Source: Synechococcus sp. (GTDB taxonomy: Bacteria; Cyanobacteriota; Cyanobacteriia; PCC-6307; Cyanobiaceae). Taken from it: 64,000 nucleotides of DNA. Position 1 is the stretch's first letter. Every line of letters starts with the position of its first letter. Shown in pieces: positions 21,913 to 35,138 of this stretch. A program made the translations under genes and the position numbers. The DNA is taken from contig JBJBCN010000003.1 in the NCBI GenBank assembly GCA_047285805.1, forward strand, positions 911,745 to 975,744, read 5' to 3'. The notes under the pieces were generated by a model, which had not been told where the DNA came from, ran no database searches, and saw only the letters and a list, made by a program, of their open reading frames with translations.

Positions 21913-22113
21913 TTAGTTACCCAGATTCACCTGACGGCGACCGGCAACGAGTTCAACTTTAAGAATCTTCCCCCCTTGCTTCATGATCCGCTGCTGTTCA
22001 GCGAACCAGCTTTCGTAGGGCACCCACTTGGTGAAGAAGGTGTTCTGCAGCTCGCGCTGCGTACGGGTCTTCTCGGGAGAAGGGATGCAGGCGGTGATTT
22101 TGAAGAGGCGCAT
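21913..22113 (-). CDS. apcC: Phycobilisome core small linker Lc
   Basis: MRLFKITAC...RELQNTFFTK...QQRI.K.GGKI. Confidence 0.96.
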   Translation of the reverse strand: MRLFKITACIPSPEKTRTQRELQNTFFTKWVPYESWFAEQQRIMKQGGKILKVELVAGRRQVNLGN

Positions 22114-22145
22114 GGCTTGATCCTCAGGTGTGCCAGAGGCAGGGA

Positions 22146-22634
22146 TCAATTACCCAGGCCGGAGCTGATGTAGTCGAAGTACACGCCCATTTCACGACCA
22201 GCGTCGGGGCCGACCAGGGAAGCTGTCACTTCTTTCATGGCCTGGATGGACTGGACGGTTGCACCGATGGGCACACCCAGGGAGTTGTAGGTCTCCTTGA
22301 GGCCGTTAAGAACTCGCTCATCGAGGATCGAGGTGTCACCAGCCAGCATGGCGTAGGTGGCGTAGCGCAGGTAGTAGTCCAGGTCGCGGATGCAGGCTGC
22401 ATAGCGACGGGTGGTGTACATGTTGCCGCCGGGACGGGTGATGTCGGAATAAAGCAGAGCTTTAGCGACGGCATCCTTGATGATGGCTGAGGCGTTGGCA
22501 CTGATGGTGGCAGCGGCACGAACGCGCAGCTCACCGCTGGCGAAGTACTGCTCCAGACGGCCCATGGAGGTGCTGTCCAGATACATGCCCTGAACGTCAG
22601 CTTGGTTGATGACGTTGGTGATTGCGTCTTGCAT
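22146..22634 (-). CDS. apcB: Allophycocyanin beta subunit
   Basis: [22 protein letters not shown]. Confidence 0.98.
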   Translation of the reverse strand: MQDAITNVINQADVQGMYLDSTSMGRLEQYFASGELRVRAAATISANASAIIKDAVAKALLYSDITRPGGNMYTTRRYAACIRDLDYYLRYATYAMLAGDTSILDERVLNGLKETYNSLGVPIGATVQSIQAMKEVTASLVGPDAGREMGVYFDYISSGLGN

Positions 22635-22677
22635 GGAATCTTGTCTGAGGGGCGGTTATGTCAGGGAGAGAGCAGCC

Positions 22678-23163
22678 TCAGGAGAGGGCGCCAACGACGT
22701 AGTCGAAGTAGAAGCCGGCTTCTGCGGCGTCTTCGCCGGTCAGAAGGCTCATGGCGGCAATCTTCATTTCCCGAACGGACTCAGCAAGAGCCTCCAGGGG
22801 GGTGCCAAGGGAGCGATACATCTCCTTGGCGCCAATGATGCCGATCTCTTCGATCGGGGTGATGTCGCCTGCGATCAGGCCGTAGGTCACCAGGCGCAGG
22901 TAGTAGTCCATGTCGCGCAGGCAGGTCGCGGTCATGTCCTCGCCGTAGGCGTTGCCGCCGGGGGAGATGACATCAGGACGCTTTTGGAAGAGGGCGCCGC
23001 CTGCGGTCTTGACGATGCGCTCACGGCTTTCGCTCAGGACCTGAGCGACGCGAAGACGGCGCTGACCACCACTGACGAACGACTTGATTTGGTCAAGTTC
23101 GCCAGGGCTGAGGTAGCGGGCTTCGGCGTCCGCGTTGATGATCGAGTTGGAGACGATGCTCAT
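22678..23163 (-). CDS. apcA: Allophycocyanin alpha subunit
   Basis: [37 protein letters not shown]. Confidence 0.98.
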   Translation of the reverse strand: MSIVSNSIINADAEARYLSPGELDQIKSFVSGGQRRLRVAQVLSESRERIVKTAGGALFQKRPDVISPGGNAYGEDMTATCLRDMDYYLRLVTYGLIAGDITPIEEIGIIGAKEMYRSLGTPLEALAESVREMKIAAMSLLTGEDAAEAGFYFDYVVGALS

Positions 23164-23481
23164 GCAGTTCTGCCTCGAAACAAGCGGCCGCCTTGCGGAG
23201 ACCGGTATCCGGTGGGTGGGTTAAGGGGGTGATCCGAGTTGGATCGAGCCTCAGGGTAAGAGCTGAGGGTGACTCGCGGAGTCGGTTGGGCGACCAGGTT
23301 TACAACGGTCAACAGTGACCATTGCCTGTGGCGCGTCCGCTCTTGAGAACTGGAAGATTCTCAGGTGCAAAGCGACCCTGAATCTGCCGCGGGTAACAGT
23401 TCTTCACTCCGCCTGAATTTTCACCGAAGCCCTTGCGGCGTGTGCGGTCTCGCTTGAGTTTTTATTGCTGTTCTGTCCAAT

Positions 23482-23514
23482 AAAAAACCGCTCTTGCTAG
23501 TAGCTAGAGCGGTT
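23482..23514 (-). terminator. Probable terminator after apcE
   Basis: aaccgctct...agagcggtt stem followed by a T tract on the minus strand. Confidence 0.65.
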
Positions 23515-23567
23515 ATTAGAGATTATTCCTGGAGTAGTTGTGGTAATGAATTGTTGTTTGGTAACTG

Positions 23568-26447
23568 CTAGATCTTATCGTTTGTTGGTGGGTTTAATCC
23601 CGCGTTTCCGCGGTACAGAGATGCGGTGCGCTGCATTGTGGCTTGGGTTTTCCCATTCGAAGATTCCATGCCAGAAATGGTTGGGACAGTGGAGCCCACA
23701 TCGGTAAATAGCTCCTTAAGTGCGGCGAATTGGCCAGAGCTGGCTCGTGTCGCGATAAAGGCTCTTGTCTCTTCAGGAGTTGTTGCTCGACCGAGGAGTG
23801 CTATCCCTGCCGCGGAAGCGGCGCGTAGCGGGGCCATCCTAGAAAGACGGTTTTGGAAAGCGTCAGACATTGCCACTGCTTCGATAAAGCCTCGGAGAGT
23901 GATGTCCTTGTTGCGAAGTTGTGACTCAGCCGTCAACTGCCTCTCGAAGGCAAAAGGAATTCGATTGAGCAGTTGCTTGTAGGTGGCATTTATAACAATA
24001 AGAAGTTCTGACTCAGTGAAGTTCTCGCTGAGTGTTAGTTGAGGTGTGATCCCTCCGCGTTTCAGGTATCCACTTGCATCGTTAGTGCGAAGAGCTTTCG
24101 CCATTAGGCTGGCTGATGTCAGCTCCGAGCCGGTTGAGGCTTGTGAACTAGGTGTCGAGCCGTCGAGTGAGAAGGGAGCTCGGCTTCCTTTTGTGGCTAG
24201 GAGGCCCCCCAAGTAAGAGATTTTGCTTGGAGTTGCCCAATTGCCTCTACCGGCAGAATGACTACCAACCAAATTTCTGGGAGTTACGTCAGCAGTTTTT
24301 TTGAAATTGTCCTGGATACGAGCATTTGGACGCTGACCAAGGGTTTGAGAGGCAATTGCAGAGGTGTCGACAGGTTTGCTGAATGTCGGTGTACGTCTTT
24401 GGGTGACGTCGGCCGGAGTTACGAAACGCTCGTAGGGGACGGTGTCCAGACCGAAGGCTTCCAGATATTCCGGGCTGTTGACCATGGCGTCGACGACGCC
24501 ATAGAAGCCTTGGCGGGCTGCCACGTCGAAGTAGCTGTCGATTTCCCAGCGTCCGAATGTCGGCCGGCCGAGAATTCGGCGGTGCATCACTTCAACGGCC
24601 TTACAGATGTAAAGACCACTCCAATAGCGGCGGCGGAAGGCGTCGCTGCGCGCGACCTCAAGCACAAAATCCTTCAGGCCGATATCGCCGTTTTCTAGTC
24701 TGGTTTCGGCTGACTCAACCCGTTCACCGGCGTAGCCCGCGTTGCCCAGGATCTGGACGTAGACAGCCTTGATGACGGATTGGGTGCTCGATTCCGTAAA
24801 TCGCACGCTCGATCGGGTTTGGACGCCACGGCGAGGAACCGAATTACCGCCGGTTGCGATTTGGGTTAGGCGGCGGGTCCTTGGACCAACCCGTCTTGGT
24901 GTGGAGCTTCTGAACTCAGGGCTATTCATCTGCCCTGGCTGCGCCATGCCATTGCCAATTAACAGACGACGTGTGTCGTAGCTCAGTGGCGCAGGACGCG
25001 TTGCGACGTTGGCCGTACCTGAGGGGAAGATCGCGCCATAGCTGAGCCCTAAGGGATCGTTGCCGCCGCCGTAGGGATGTTGATCGGCGTAGGGCTGGCG
25101 GTAGCTCGCGTAGAGGGTTATGTATTGAGGAGCACCCTCAAATGGTGCACTGAAGCGGAAGAGCTTGCGGTTGGAACCCCAGCCAGCACTTTCTTGGGCT
25201 TCTTCGCCGAGATCGCGCAGATAGGGAACCGTCTCTTCACCGAAGACCTGGGCATACTCCATCGAGTTGACCAGTGAATCAACGAGCCCGTTGAGACCTT
25301 GCTCGCTGACGATGCTGAAGTAGCGGTTGAATTCTTCCCGTGAGCTAATCCCCCGTCCCAGGAAGTGACGGAAGGCCAGCTCAACAGCGCGGCTGTTTGA
25401 GAAGGGGCCAAAAAACTGGGCCCGGTACTCCTTGCTTTTGCCGAGCGCGCGAATGTATTCGCGCATACTGAGGTCGCCCTTCGTAACCTGCGAGGTTTCG
25501 ACCGAGCAGGGGTCTTGGCTGTAGGCCTTCGCGATGTCCCTTTCGAAGACCTGTCGGTAGGCCGCCCGAATGACCTCTGCTTTTTGAGCGCCACTCATGG
25601 CGGGCTTCATGTTGAAGCGCTGGACGTTGCCTTGGGCCGCCAGTGCGTAGATGGCTGGGAGCTGGAGGCCCTGATTCTCGGGGCTGCCAAGGCGCTGGCG
25701 AGCCGATGGGGTCGGAACTGACAGCTCTTCGAGCAGGACGTTGAAGCAGCCAATCAAGAGCTGGCGCGCTTCGGGCAGGTCCTTGAGCAGTTCGGCGGCA
25801 CCGGCGCGCATTTCCTGCAGCGCGACGTTGGTGGCTGCTAGGGAGCAGCCCTTTTCGAGCACATCTCTCAATCCGCGCGTGTTCACGCGCAGGATGCTCG
25901 GATCGCCTGCAATGACCGCATACCCGACATAGCGAAGGAACCAAGCCATGTCGCGGACCGACTTGCGCATCCGCTCAGTCCCGTAGATGGCGACTGAAAT
26001 GGGGCTGAAGCCTGTCGGGAGAATCACGCGGACATCGGCATCGCCCCCGCCGTCCAGCAGTCGGGTCAGAAAATTGCCGCGTTTCGAGTTGTCGCTGGCG
26101 CCCGAGAAGGTTTGAACCGAGCGCTGGAACGCCGCCTGGTCGGAGGCCAGCGGAGTTGCCGAGCTTGCCGCCGCGGGTGTCAGGGGCGCGTCGAGATAGG
26201 ACAGCGGGGTGCCACCGGCAAAGATCCGGCTTGCTGCCCGAGCGACGATCGCTTCGGCATTGGCCGAAACCCGACGGGCTGCCTCAACCCGCAGCTGACC
26301 GCTTTGGAAAAAAGTTGTGAGGTTGCTGAGCTCACCTCCATCGGGGAAGCGGTCTTGCTGCTCCGCCTGACGAACGCTGGAGAGCGGCAGGGTGTCGAAG
26401 CGCTGAGGAGCAACCCTGCTGCTGCCGCTGCTGGCGGTCACAGTCAT
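23568..26447 (-). CDS. apcE: Phycobilisome core-membrane linker LCM
   Basis: Phycobilin domain with EKGCS cysteine; linker repeats AAYRQVFERD, AVYVQILG, ATYKQLLNR. Confidence 0.96.
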   Translation of the reverse strand: MTVTASSGSSRVAPQRFDTLPLSSVRQAEQQDRFPDGGELSNLTTFFQSGQLRVEAARRVSANAEAIVARAASRIFAGGTPLSYLDAPLTPAAASSATPLASDQAAFQRSVQTFSGASDNSKRGNFLTRLLDGGGDADVRVILPTGFSPISVAIYGTERMRKSVRDMAWFLRYVGYAVIAGDPSILRVNTRGLRDVLEKGCSLAATNVALQEMRAGAAELLKDLPEARQLLIGCFNVLLEELSVPTPSARQRLGSPENQGLQLPAIYALAAQGNVQRFNMKPAMSGAQKAEVIRAAYRQVFERDIAKAYSQDPCSVETSQVTKGDLSMREYIRALGKSKEYRAQFFGPFSNSRAVELAFRHFLGRGISSREEFNRYFSIVSEQGLNGLVDSLVNSMEYAQVFGEETVPYLRDLGEEAQESAGWGSNRKLFRFSAPFEGAPQYITLYASYRQPYADQHPYGGGNDPLGLSYGAIFPSGTANVATRPAPLSYDTRRLLIGNGMAQPGQMNSPEFRSSTPRRVGPRTRRLTQIATGGNSVPRRGVQTRSSVRFTESSTQSVIKAVYVQILGNAGYAGERVESAETRLENGDIGLKDFVLEVARSDAFRRRYWSGLYICKAVEVMHRRILGRPTFGRWEIDSYFDVAARQGFYGVVDAMVNSPEYLEAFGLDTVPYERFVTPADVTQRRTPTFSKPVDTSAIASQTLGQRPNARIQDNFKKTADVTPRNLVGSHSAGRGNWATPSKISYLGGLLATKGSRAPFSLDGSTPSSQASTGSELTSASLMAKALRTNDASGYLKRGGITPQLTLSENFTESELLIVINATYKQLLNRIPFAFERQLTAESQLRNKDITLRGFIEAVAMSDAFQNRLSRMAPLRAASAAGIALLGRATTPEETRAFIATRASSGQFAALKELFTDVGSTVPTISGMESSNGKTQATMQRTASLYRGNAGLNPPTNDKI

Positions 26448-26609
26448 GGACGAAAGCGAACCTGGCCTGGGCAGGTTACGGCTGCCCCTCTGACCTCCCG
26501 GTCGGGCATGAACAAATGTTTGCAGCCCGTTGTCGGTTTCCCCTCAACCGGAGGACAAGCCATGAAATGCTCGGCCTCTGCGCATTCCCTTCCCGATTCG
26601 CTCCCAGCC

Positions 26610-27815
26610 ATGACTCAGGGCCCTGCTGATGCCGCCACCCCGGTGGTGAGCGACTTCTATGACCGCTTCCCCTACCCAGGGGACCCTCTTCAAGATGGTC
26701 CCCCGCCTGGATACAACTGGCGCTGGTTTGTTGATGCGGCTTATTCGGCAGCCACCGGATCGCTACCCCCAGCACGTGTCAACGGAGAGCCCTTACGAAT
26801 CCTGGATGCGGGGTGCGGCACCGGCGTTAGCACCGACTACCTCGCTCACCTGAATCCAGGGGCCGAGATTCTGGCTGTGGATATCTCGCCTGGAACGCTG
26901 GAGGTGGCTCGGGAGCGCTGTCGCCGCTCCGGTGCGTTTGAGCAGGCCCAGCTCCGTATCGAAAACCGGAGCCTGCTGGACCTATTAGGAGAGGGCCCCT
27001 TCGATTACATCAATTCTGTCGGGGTGTTGCACCACCTCCGCCAACCGGAGGCCGGACTGCGGGCCTTAGCCCAGTTGTTGAAACCCGATGCGCTCCTCCA
27101 CCTGTTCTTGTACGCCGATGGTGGTCGCTGGGAGATCCATCGCACCCAGCGCGCTCTGAGTGCAATGGGCGCTGGTACGGAGGCCGAGGGCCTTCGCTTG
27201 GGGCGTCAGTTGATGGCTGATCTCCCCGCGCAGAACCGGCTCCGTCTCAATTACGAGCAACGCTGGGCCATCGACTGTGCAGCCGACGCGAACTTCGCGG
27301 ACATGTACCTGCATCCCCAGGAGACCAGTTACAACCTGGAGCGCCTGATGGCCTTTGTAGCCTTGGCCGATTTGCAATTTGCAGGCTTCTCCAATCCAGC
27401 GGTCTGGGATCCCGCTCGGCTCCTGACGGGAGAATTGTTGGAGCGGGCTAAGGCTCTTCCTGCGGAGGCGCAATGGCGCTTGGTGGAAGACCTGGACCCT
27501 GACATCAGCCACTTCGAGTTCTTCTTGAGCAAGGGCCCGGTTCAGGTGCAGCGCTGGGATGAGGACAGCGCCGTGCTCGCAGCCAGGGGCTGCCGGAACC
27601 GTTGCCTCTGGGGCTGGCCAGGCCGCTCCCTTCTGGATTCCGATATGGCCCCCTTGGATCTGAGTGCCGAGGGATTGAGCTTGCTGGAAGTCCTGGAGCA
27701 GGCGGAGCCTGAGACGGCCATCGGTCAGCTTCCAGTGGACTGGTCTGATGCCCAGATCGCCTCTGTGGCAAGGGAACTGCAGCGTCAGAAGGTCCTTCTG
27801 CTTCGCCCGGCTTAG
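26610..27815 (+). CDS. Class I SAM-dependent methyltransferase
   Basis: FYDRFPYP, LDAGCGTG, GVLHH, DMYLHPQE; start at ATG 26610 inferred. Confidence 0.88.
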   Translation: MTQGPADAATPVVSDFYDRFPYPGDPLQDGPPPGYNWRWFVDAAYSAATGSLPPARVNGEPLRILDAGCGTGVSTDYLAHLNPGAEILAVDISPGTLEVARERCRRSGAFEQAQLRIENRSLLDLLGEGPFDYINSVGVLHHLRQPEAGLRALAQLLKPDALLHLFLYADGGRWEIHRTQRALSAMGAGTEAEGLRLGRQLMADLPAQNRLRLNYEQRWAIDCAADANFADMYLHPQETSYNLERLMAFVALADLQFAGFSNPAVWDPARLLTGELLERAKALPAEAQWRLVEDLDPDISHFEFFLSKGPVQVQRWDEDSAVLAARGCRNRCLWGWPGRSLLDSDMAPLDLSAEGLSLLEVLEQAEPETAIGQLPVDWSDAQIASVARELQRQKVLLLRPA

Positions 27816-27934
27816 GGCGAGGCAGCGTGATAGATTCCGCGCGCCTTTTCAGAGCGAAGGCACCTTTGTTGGCGACTTCCTCTCCCCAGTCAGGTTTGGA
27901 TGCTCCTCGCGAGCAGCCGAGTTCACTGGACGAG

Positions 27935-28372
27935 ATGAATAACCAAGGAATGGTCCCGTCTTCTCCTCTGGAAACAGAGTCCTCAGAGGCCTCGTCTGCT
28001 TCCGAAACCGATTCGGTTTCCGGAGGCGGTGCTCACCTCGCTGACTTTGAGAGGCTTCAACGTCGCCTGATCGTCGCCACCCTGCTGGTCTCCGCCATTG
28101 CGGTTTCAGCCACGGCTTTGATCTACGACCTTCACATCGCCAGCAGTGTGCTGATCGGTGGCCTAGCCGGCGCCCTTTACCTCAGGCTTCTTGCCCGAAG
28201 TGTTGGAAAGCTCGGCAACGGTTCCAAGAAGGTCAGCAAGTTGCAGCTCCTCGTCCCCGTGGTTCTTGTGATGGCTGCGGCTCGCTTGCCCCAGCTCGAG
28301 TTGTTGCCAGCTTTGCTTGGCTTTCTGCTCTACAAGCCCGCGGTGATCCTCCAGGCACTCACAGATCGCTGA
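27935..28372 (+). CDS. atpI: ATP synthase protein I (Atp1); start uncertain
   Basis: YLRLLARSV and GFLLYKPA; first gene of the atp operon. Confidence 0.85.
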   Translation: MNNQGMVPSSPLETESSEASSASETDSVSGGGAHLADFERLQRRLIVATLLVSAIAVSATALIYDLHIASSVLIGGLAGALYLRLLARSVGKLGNGSKKVSKLQLLVPVVLVMAAARLPQLELLPALLGFLLYKPAVILQALTDR

Positions 28373-28421
28373 GCGCCAAAACCTTTTCAACGTCGCAACC
28401 GCGACCCCGAACGTCGACCCG

Positions 28422-29566
<1,145 letters not shown>

Positions 29567-29696
29567 TCGCGCTTGAGGTGACGAGGGACGGGTGGTTTTC
29601 AGTTCGCTGAACCGCTCATCCCCTCCATCCTTTGCCTAAGCCTTTAGCTTCCGCCGCCGTCCCGCGGCCCGCTTCAACCGCCCGCACCCCTGCCTC

Positions 29697-30158
29697 ATGA
29701 CCAGCTGGCTTTTGCTAGGTGCAACGGAGGGAGGTCTCTTTGACCTCGACGCCACCCTGCCTTTGATGGCAGTTCAGGTGGTTCTCCTCACCTTCATCCT
29801 CAATTCCCTGTTCTTCAGCCCCGTCGGACGGGTCGTCGAAGAGCGGGAGGGTTACGTGACCACCAGCCGTGCGGAGGCCAAGCAGAAGCTGGCCCAAGCC
29901 GAACGCTTGGAAGCTGACCTCAAAGAACAGCTCAAGGACGCACGTCTGTCCGCCTCGAAGCTGATTCAAGAAGCGGAAGCTGATTCCGACAAGCTCTATC
30001 GCGAGGCCTTGGGCGCAGCCACCGCTGACGCCAATACCGCCCGCGAGCAGGCACGCCGCGAAATCGATGCCCAGCGCGAGTCGGCCATGAGCCAACTCAA
30101 GACTGATGCCGACAAACTCGGTGACCTGATCGTCGACCGTCTGCTGGCAGCCCGATGA
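29697..30158 (+). CDS. atpF2: F0 subunit b'
   Basis: [14 protein letters not shown] plus coiled coil. Confidence 0.94.
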   Translation: MTSWLLLGATEGGLFDLDATLPLMAVQVVLLTFILNSLFFSPVGRVVEEREGYVTTSRAEAKQKLAQAERLEADLKEQLKDARLSASKLIQEAEADSDKLYREALGAATADANTAREQARREIDAQRESAMSQLKTDADKLGDLIVDRLLAAR

Positions 30159-30672
30159 CCATCCCTTCTCTATTCGCCAGTCATGGTGCCTTTGGTCTGA
30201 ACCTTGACGTGTTCGAGACCAACATCATCAACCTGGCCATCGTCATCTTCGGCCTCTACAAGTTTCTGCCTAACTTCCTGGGCAGCATCCTGGAGCGTCG
30301 TCGCGCGATCATTCTCGCCGACCTCAAAGACGCTGAAGAGCGCCTCAGTTCGGCCACCACAGCCCTGTCTCAAGCCCAGAATGATCTGGCCGCTGCCCAG
30401 CAGAAGGCTGAACAGATCCGTGTTGACGGTAAAGCCCGGGCTGAAGCCATCCGCCTTGACTCCGAGAAGCGCACCATTGAGGAGATGGCCCGTCTCAAGC
30501 AAGGCGCCACTGCTGATCTCAACGCTGAAGCCTCCCGGGTTAGCAACCAGCTCCGCCGCGAGGCGGCTCGACTTGCCATCGAGAAGGCACTCGCCACCCT
30601 GCCCGGCAAGCTCAACGCTGATGCCCAGGTGCAGCTGGTGAATCAGTCCATCAAAACGTTGGGGAATGCCTG

Positions 30673-30673
<1 letters not shown>
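30155..30673 (+). CDS. atpF: F0 subunit b
   Basis: [11 protein letters not shown] plus coiled coil. Confidence 0.95.
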
Positions 30674-32791
<2,118 letters not shown>

Positions 32792-32822
32792 TCCCTGACG
32801 GTTACCCCGGAGAGTCCAATCC

Positions 32823-33776
32823 ATGGCCAACCTCAAGGAGATCCGCGACAGGATCAGTTCCGTCAAAAACACCCGGAAGATCACCGAGGCCATGCGCCTC
32901 GTGGCAGCCGCCAAGGTCCGTCGGGCCCAGGAACAGGTTCTGCGTAGTCGTCCGTTCGCCGATCGTCTTGCTCGTGTTCTGGAGAACCTCCAGACCCGCA
33001 TGCAGTTCGAGACCGCCGACGCGCCGCTGCTCGAGAACCGCGACGTCCGCACGATCACCCTGCTCGCCGTTACCGGTGACCGCGGTCTGTGCGGCGGTTA
33101 CAACGCCAACATCATCAAGCGCACCGAACAGCGTCACGCTGAGCTGAAGTCTCAGGGGTATGACGTGGATCTGGTTTTGATCGGCGGCAAAGTCGCCTCC
33201 TATTTCCAGAACCGCGCTAACCAGTACACGATTCGCGCCACCTTTACGGGCCTCGAACAGGTTCCGAGCGCTGCCGAAGCCGGCAAGATCGCTGACGAGG
33301 TGCTTGCTGAATTCCTCTCGGCCTCGACCGATCGTGTGGAGATCATCTTCACCAAGTTCATCAACCTGGTGAGCTCCAAGCCTGTCTCCCAGACGCTGCT
33401 TCCCCTAGATCCCCAGGGCATCGCCAGCGCGGACGATGAGATCTTCCGTCTCACCACCCGTGACGGTCAGCTTGGCGTTGAAACCGGCACGGTCAACAAC
33501 GACCAACCCTCCCTGCCCTCTGATCTGGTCTTCGAACAGAGCCCTGATCAGCTGCTGAACGCCCTGCTGCCTCTGTACCTGCAGAACCAACTCCTGCGTT
33601 CGCTGCAGGAAGCGGCCGCCTCCGAGCTCGCCAGCCGGATGACCGCCATGAACAACGCCAGCGACAACGCCAAGGCCCTCGCGAAGTCCCTGACCCTTGA
33701 CTACAACAAGGCTCGTCAGGCCGCCATTACCCAGGAAATCCTGGAAGTGGTTGGTGGCGCGGCCGCCATGGCCTGA
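32823..33776 (+). CDS. atpG: F1 subunit gamma
   Basis: [28 protein letters not shown]. Confidence 0.98.
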   Translation: MANLKEIRDRISSVKNTRKITEAMRLVAAAKVRRAQEQVLRSRPFADRLARVLENLQTRMQFETADAPLLENRDVRTITLLAVTGDRGLCGGYNANIIKRTEQRHAELKSQGYDVDLVLIGGKVASYFQNRANQYTIRATFTGLEQVPSAAEAGKIADEVLAEFLSASTDRVEIIFTKFINLVSSKPVSQTLLPLDPQGIASADDEIFRLTTRDGQLGVETGTVNNDQPSLPSDLVFEQSPDQLLNALLPLYLQNQLLRSLQEAAASELASRMTAMNNASDNAKALAKSLTLDYNKARQAAITQEILEVVGGAAAMA

Positions 33777-33797
33777 GCGTTCTTGCTCCGCTGTCTT

Positions 33798-33826
33798 AAG
33801 CCCTCCCCTCGGGGAGGGCTTTTTTG
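33798..33826 (+). terminator. Terminator of the atp operon
   Basis: aagccctcccc-tc-ggggagggctttttt. Confidence 0.88.
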
Positions 33827-33871
33827 TGGCCGGACTCCCGCATCGCAGGATGACTACAGCGCCTGCGCGTC

Positions 33872-34573
33872 ATGACGCTTTCCTTGCAACCTCTGTTCCC
33901 GTTGGCTCTGGCCACGGCGCAGCTGCCCTTGGATCCCATGGATTCCGTCCTGCTGCTCCAGGACGTCTTGGCCATGCGCGGGGAGGAGAGCGGTAACCCC
34001 AATCCGCTCAGTGCCTGGACCGGTGACATCAACGGCATCTGGCAGGTGCACGAGCTCCCTGCTTTTGCAGCCATCAGTGAGCTGGTGCGCCGGCACGCGT
34101 GGGAGTACCTCGCGCAGCTCGGTTTTCGGTGCGATCAAGTCGCCCTTCACATCCAGCGGGCCTGGCCTGTCGTCAGTGAACCTGGGCAGGTGGTCGGGCG
34201 GCACCACCATCCCAACGCACACCTGAGCGCCATCGTCTATCTCAACGGGGATGGCTCAGGCCGAAGTGGTTGCCTACGGCTTTACCCCGCCCGCCAAAGC
34301 AATGAATTGGTGCCGGGTCTGGCCGTGGGCCATGGCGGGCCCCTCGACGGTGCGATCAGCTGGAATGCTCCCCATTTCGATCTGGCCCCCCGGACTGGAC
34401 TGCTGGTCCTTTTCCCGGCAGCCACCGACCACGCCGTGACGGCCAATGAGGATGACAATGACCTTCGGGTCTCCTTGGCTTTTGATTTGGCCCTCAGCGC
34501 CCCCCCCGGCGGGGTGCCCCCGGAATATTTGGCCCCCCACCCCCAGCAGTGGAGCCCTCTCGGTGGGCCGTGA
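33872..34573 (+). CDS. Putative 2OG-Fe(II) oxygenase (TIGR02466-like)
   Basis: HHHPNAHLSAIVY, G.LVLFP...H.V, RVSLAFD. Confidence 0.75.
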   Translation: MTLSLQPLFPLALATAQLPLDPMDSVLLLQDVLAMRGEESGNPNPLSAWTGDINGIWQVHELPAFAAISELVRRHAWEYLAQLGFRCDQVALHIQRAWPVVSEPGQVVGRHHHPNAHLSAIVYLNGDGSGRSGCLRLYPARQSNELVPGLAVGHGGPLDGAISWNAPHFDLAPRTGLLVLFPAATDHAVTANEDDNDLRVSLAFDLALSAPPGGVPPEYLAPHPQQWSPLGGP

Positions 34574-34614
34574 TCCTGGAGAATAGGGATCTTCTGGACT
34601 GAGCAGCTTCATCC

Positions 34615-34938
34615 ATGGGCGAGACCTACACCGTTGTCTGTGAACTCAACGGCGCTAGCCACAGCTTCAGCTGCGCCGCCGACCAGACTGTTCTCGCTGC
34701 TGCTGAAGCCGCCGGCATTCCCGTCCCCAGCTCTTGCTGCTCCGGTGTCTGCACGACTTGCGCGGCCGTCGTTAAAGAGGGTTCCGTGCATCAGCCCGAC
34801 GCCATGGGAGTCAAGGCAGAACTCCAGGAGAAGGGCTTTGCGCTGCTCTGTGTGGCCTTCCCCCGCAGCGACCTCAAGGTGGTCGCCGGCCAGGAGGACG
34901 CCCTCTACGAAGCCCAGTTCGGTCAGTACCAAAAGTGA
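34615..34938 (+). CDS. 2Fe-2S ferredoxin (FdC2/Fed2-like)
   Basis: CCSGVCTTC...LLCVAFP, LYEAQFG tail. Confidence 0.9.
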   Translation: MGETYTVVCELNGASHSFSCAADQTVLAAAEAAGIPVPSSCCSGVCTTCAAVVKEGSVHQPDAMGVKAELQEKGFALLCVAFPRSDLKVVAGQEDALYEAQFGQYQK

Positions 34939-35138
34939 GCCCGGGGCTCTCTGGTTTTCGCTCCCTGGCGCTCACGCTCGTCTGTGAACCCGGTCCGCTC
35001 CTGCCCCAGATCGAGGCTGCGTTGCGGACCCATGGCATGCCCCTCCGGTGGGCGATTACCGAGGCGGCCTGCCGGCCCGATGGCCGGCGCCAGCTGACCC
35101 TCGAAGCGATGGTTCACCAGCCCGCCCTGCTCGTATGA
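34935..35138 (+). CDS. Hypothetical protein, 67 aa
   Basis: Overlaps both neighbours; L..HG.PLRWAIT motif. Confidence 0.75.
   Translation: MSPGLSGFRSLALTLVCEPGPLLPQIEAALRTHGMPLRWAITEAACRPDGRRQLTLEAMVHQPALLV

Noticed and set aside
26112..26609. N-terminal extension of the 567-aa methyltransferase ORF
   Set aside because: Overlaps apcE on the opposite strand; the recognisable protein starts at 26610
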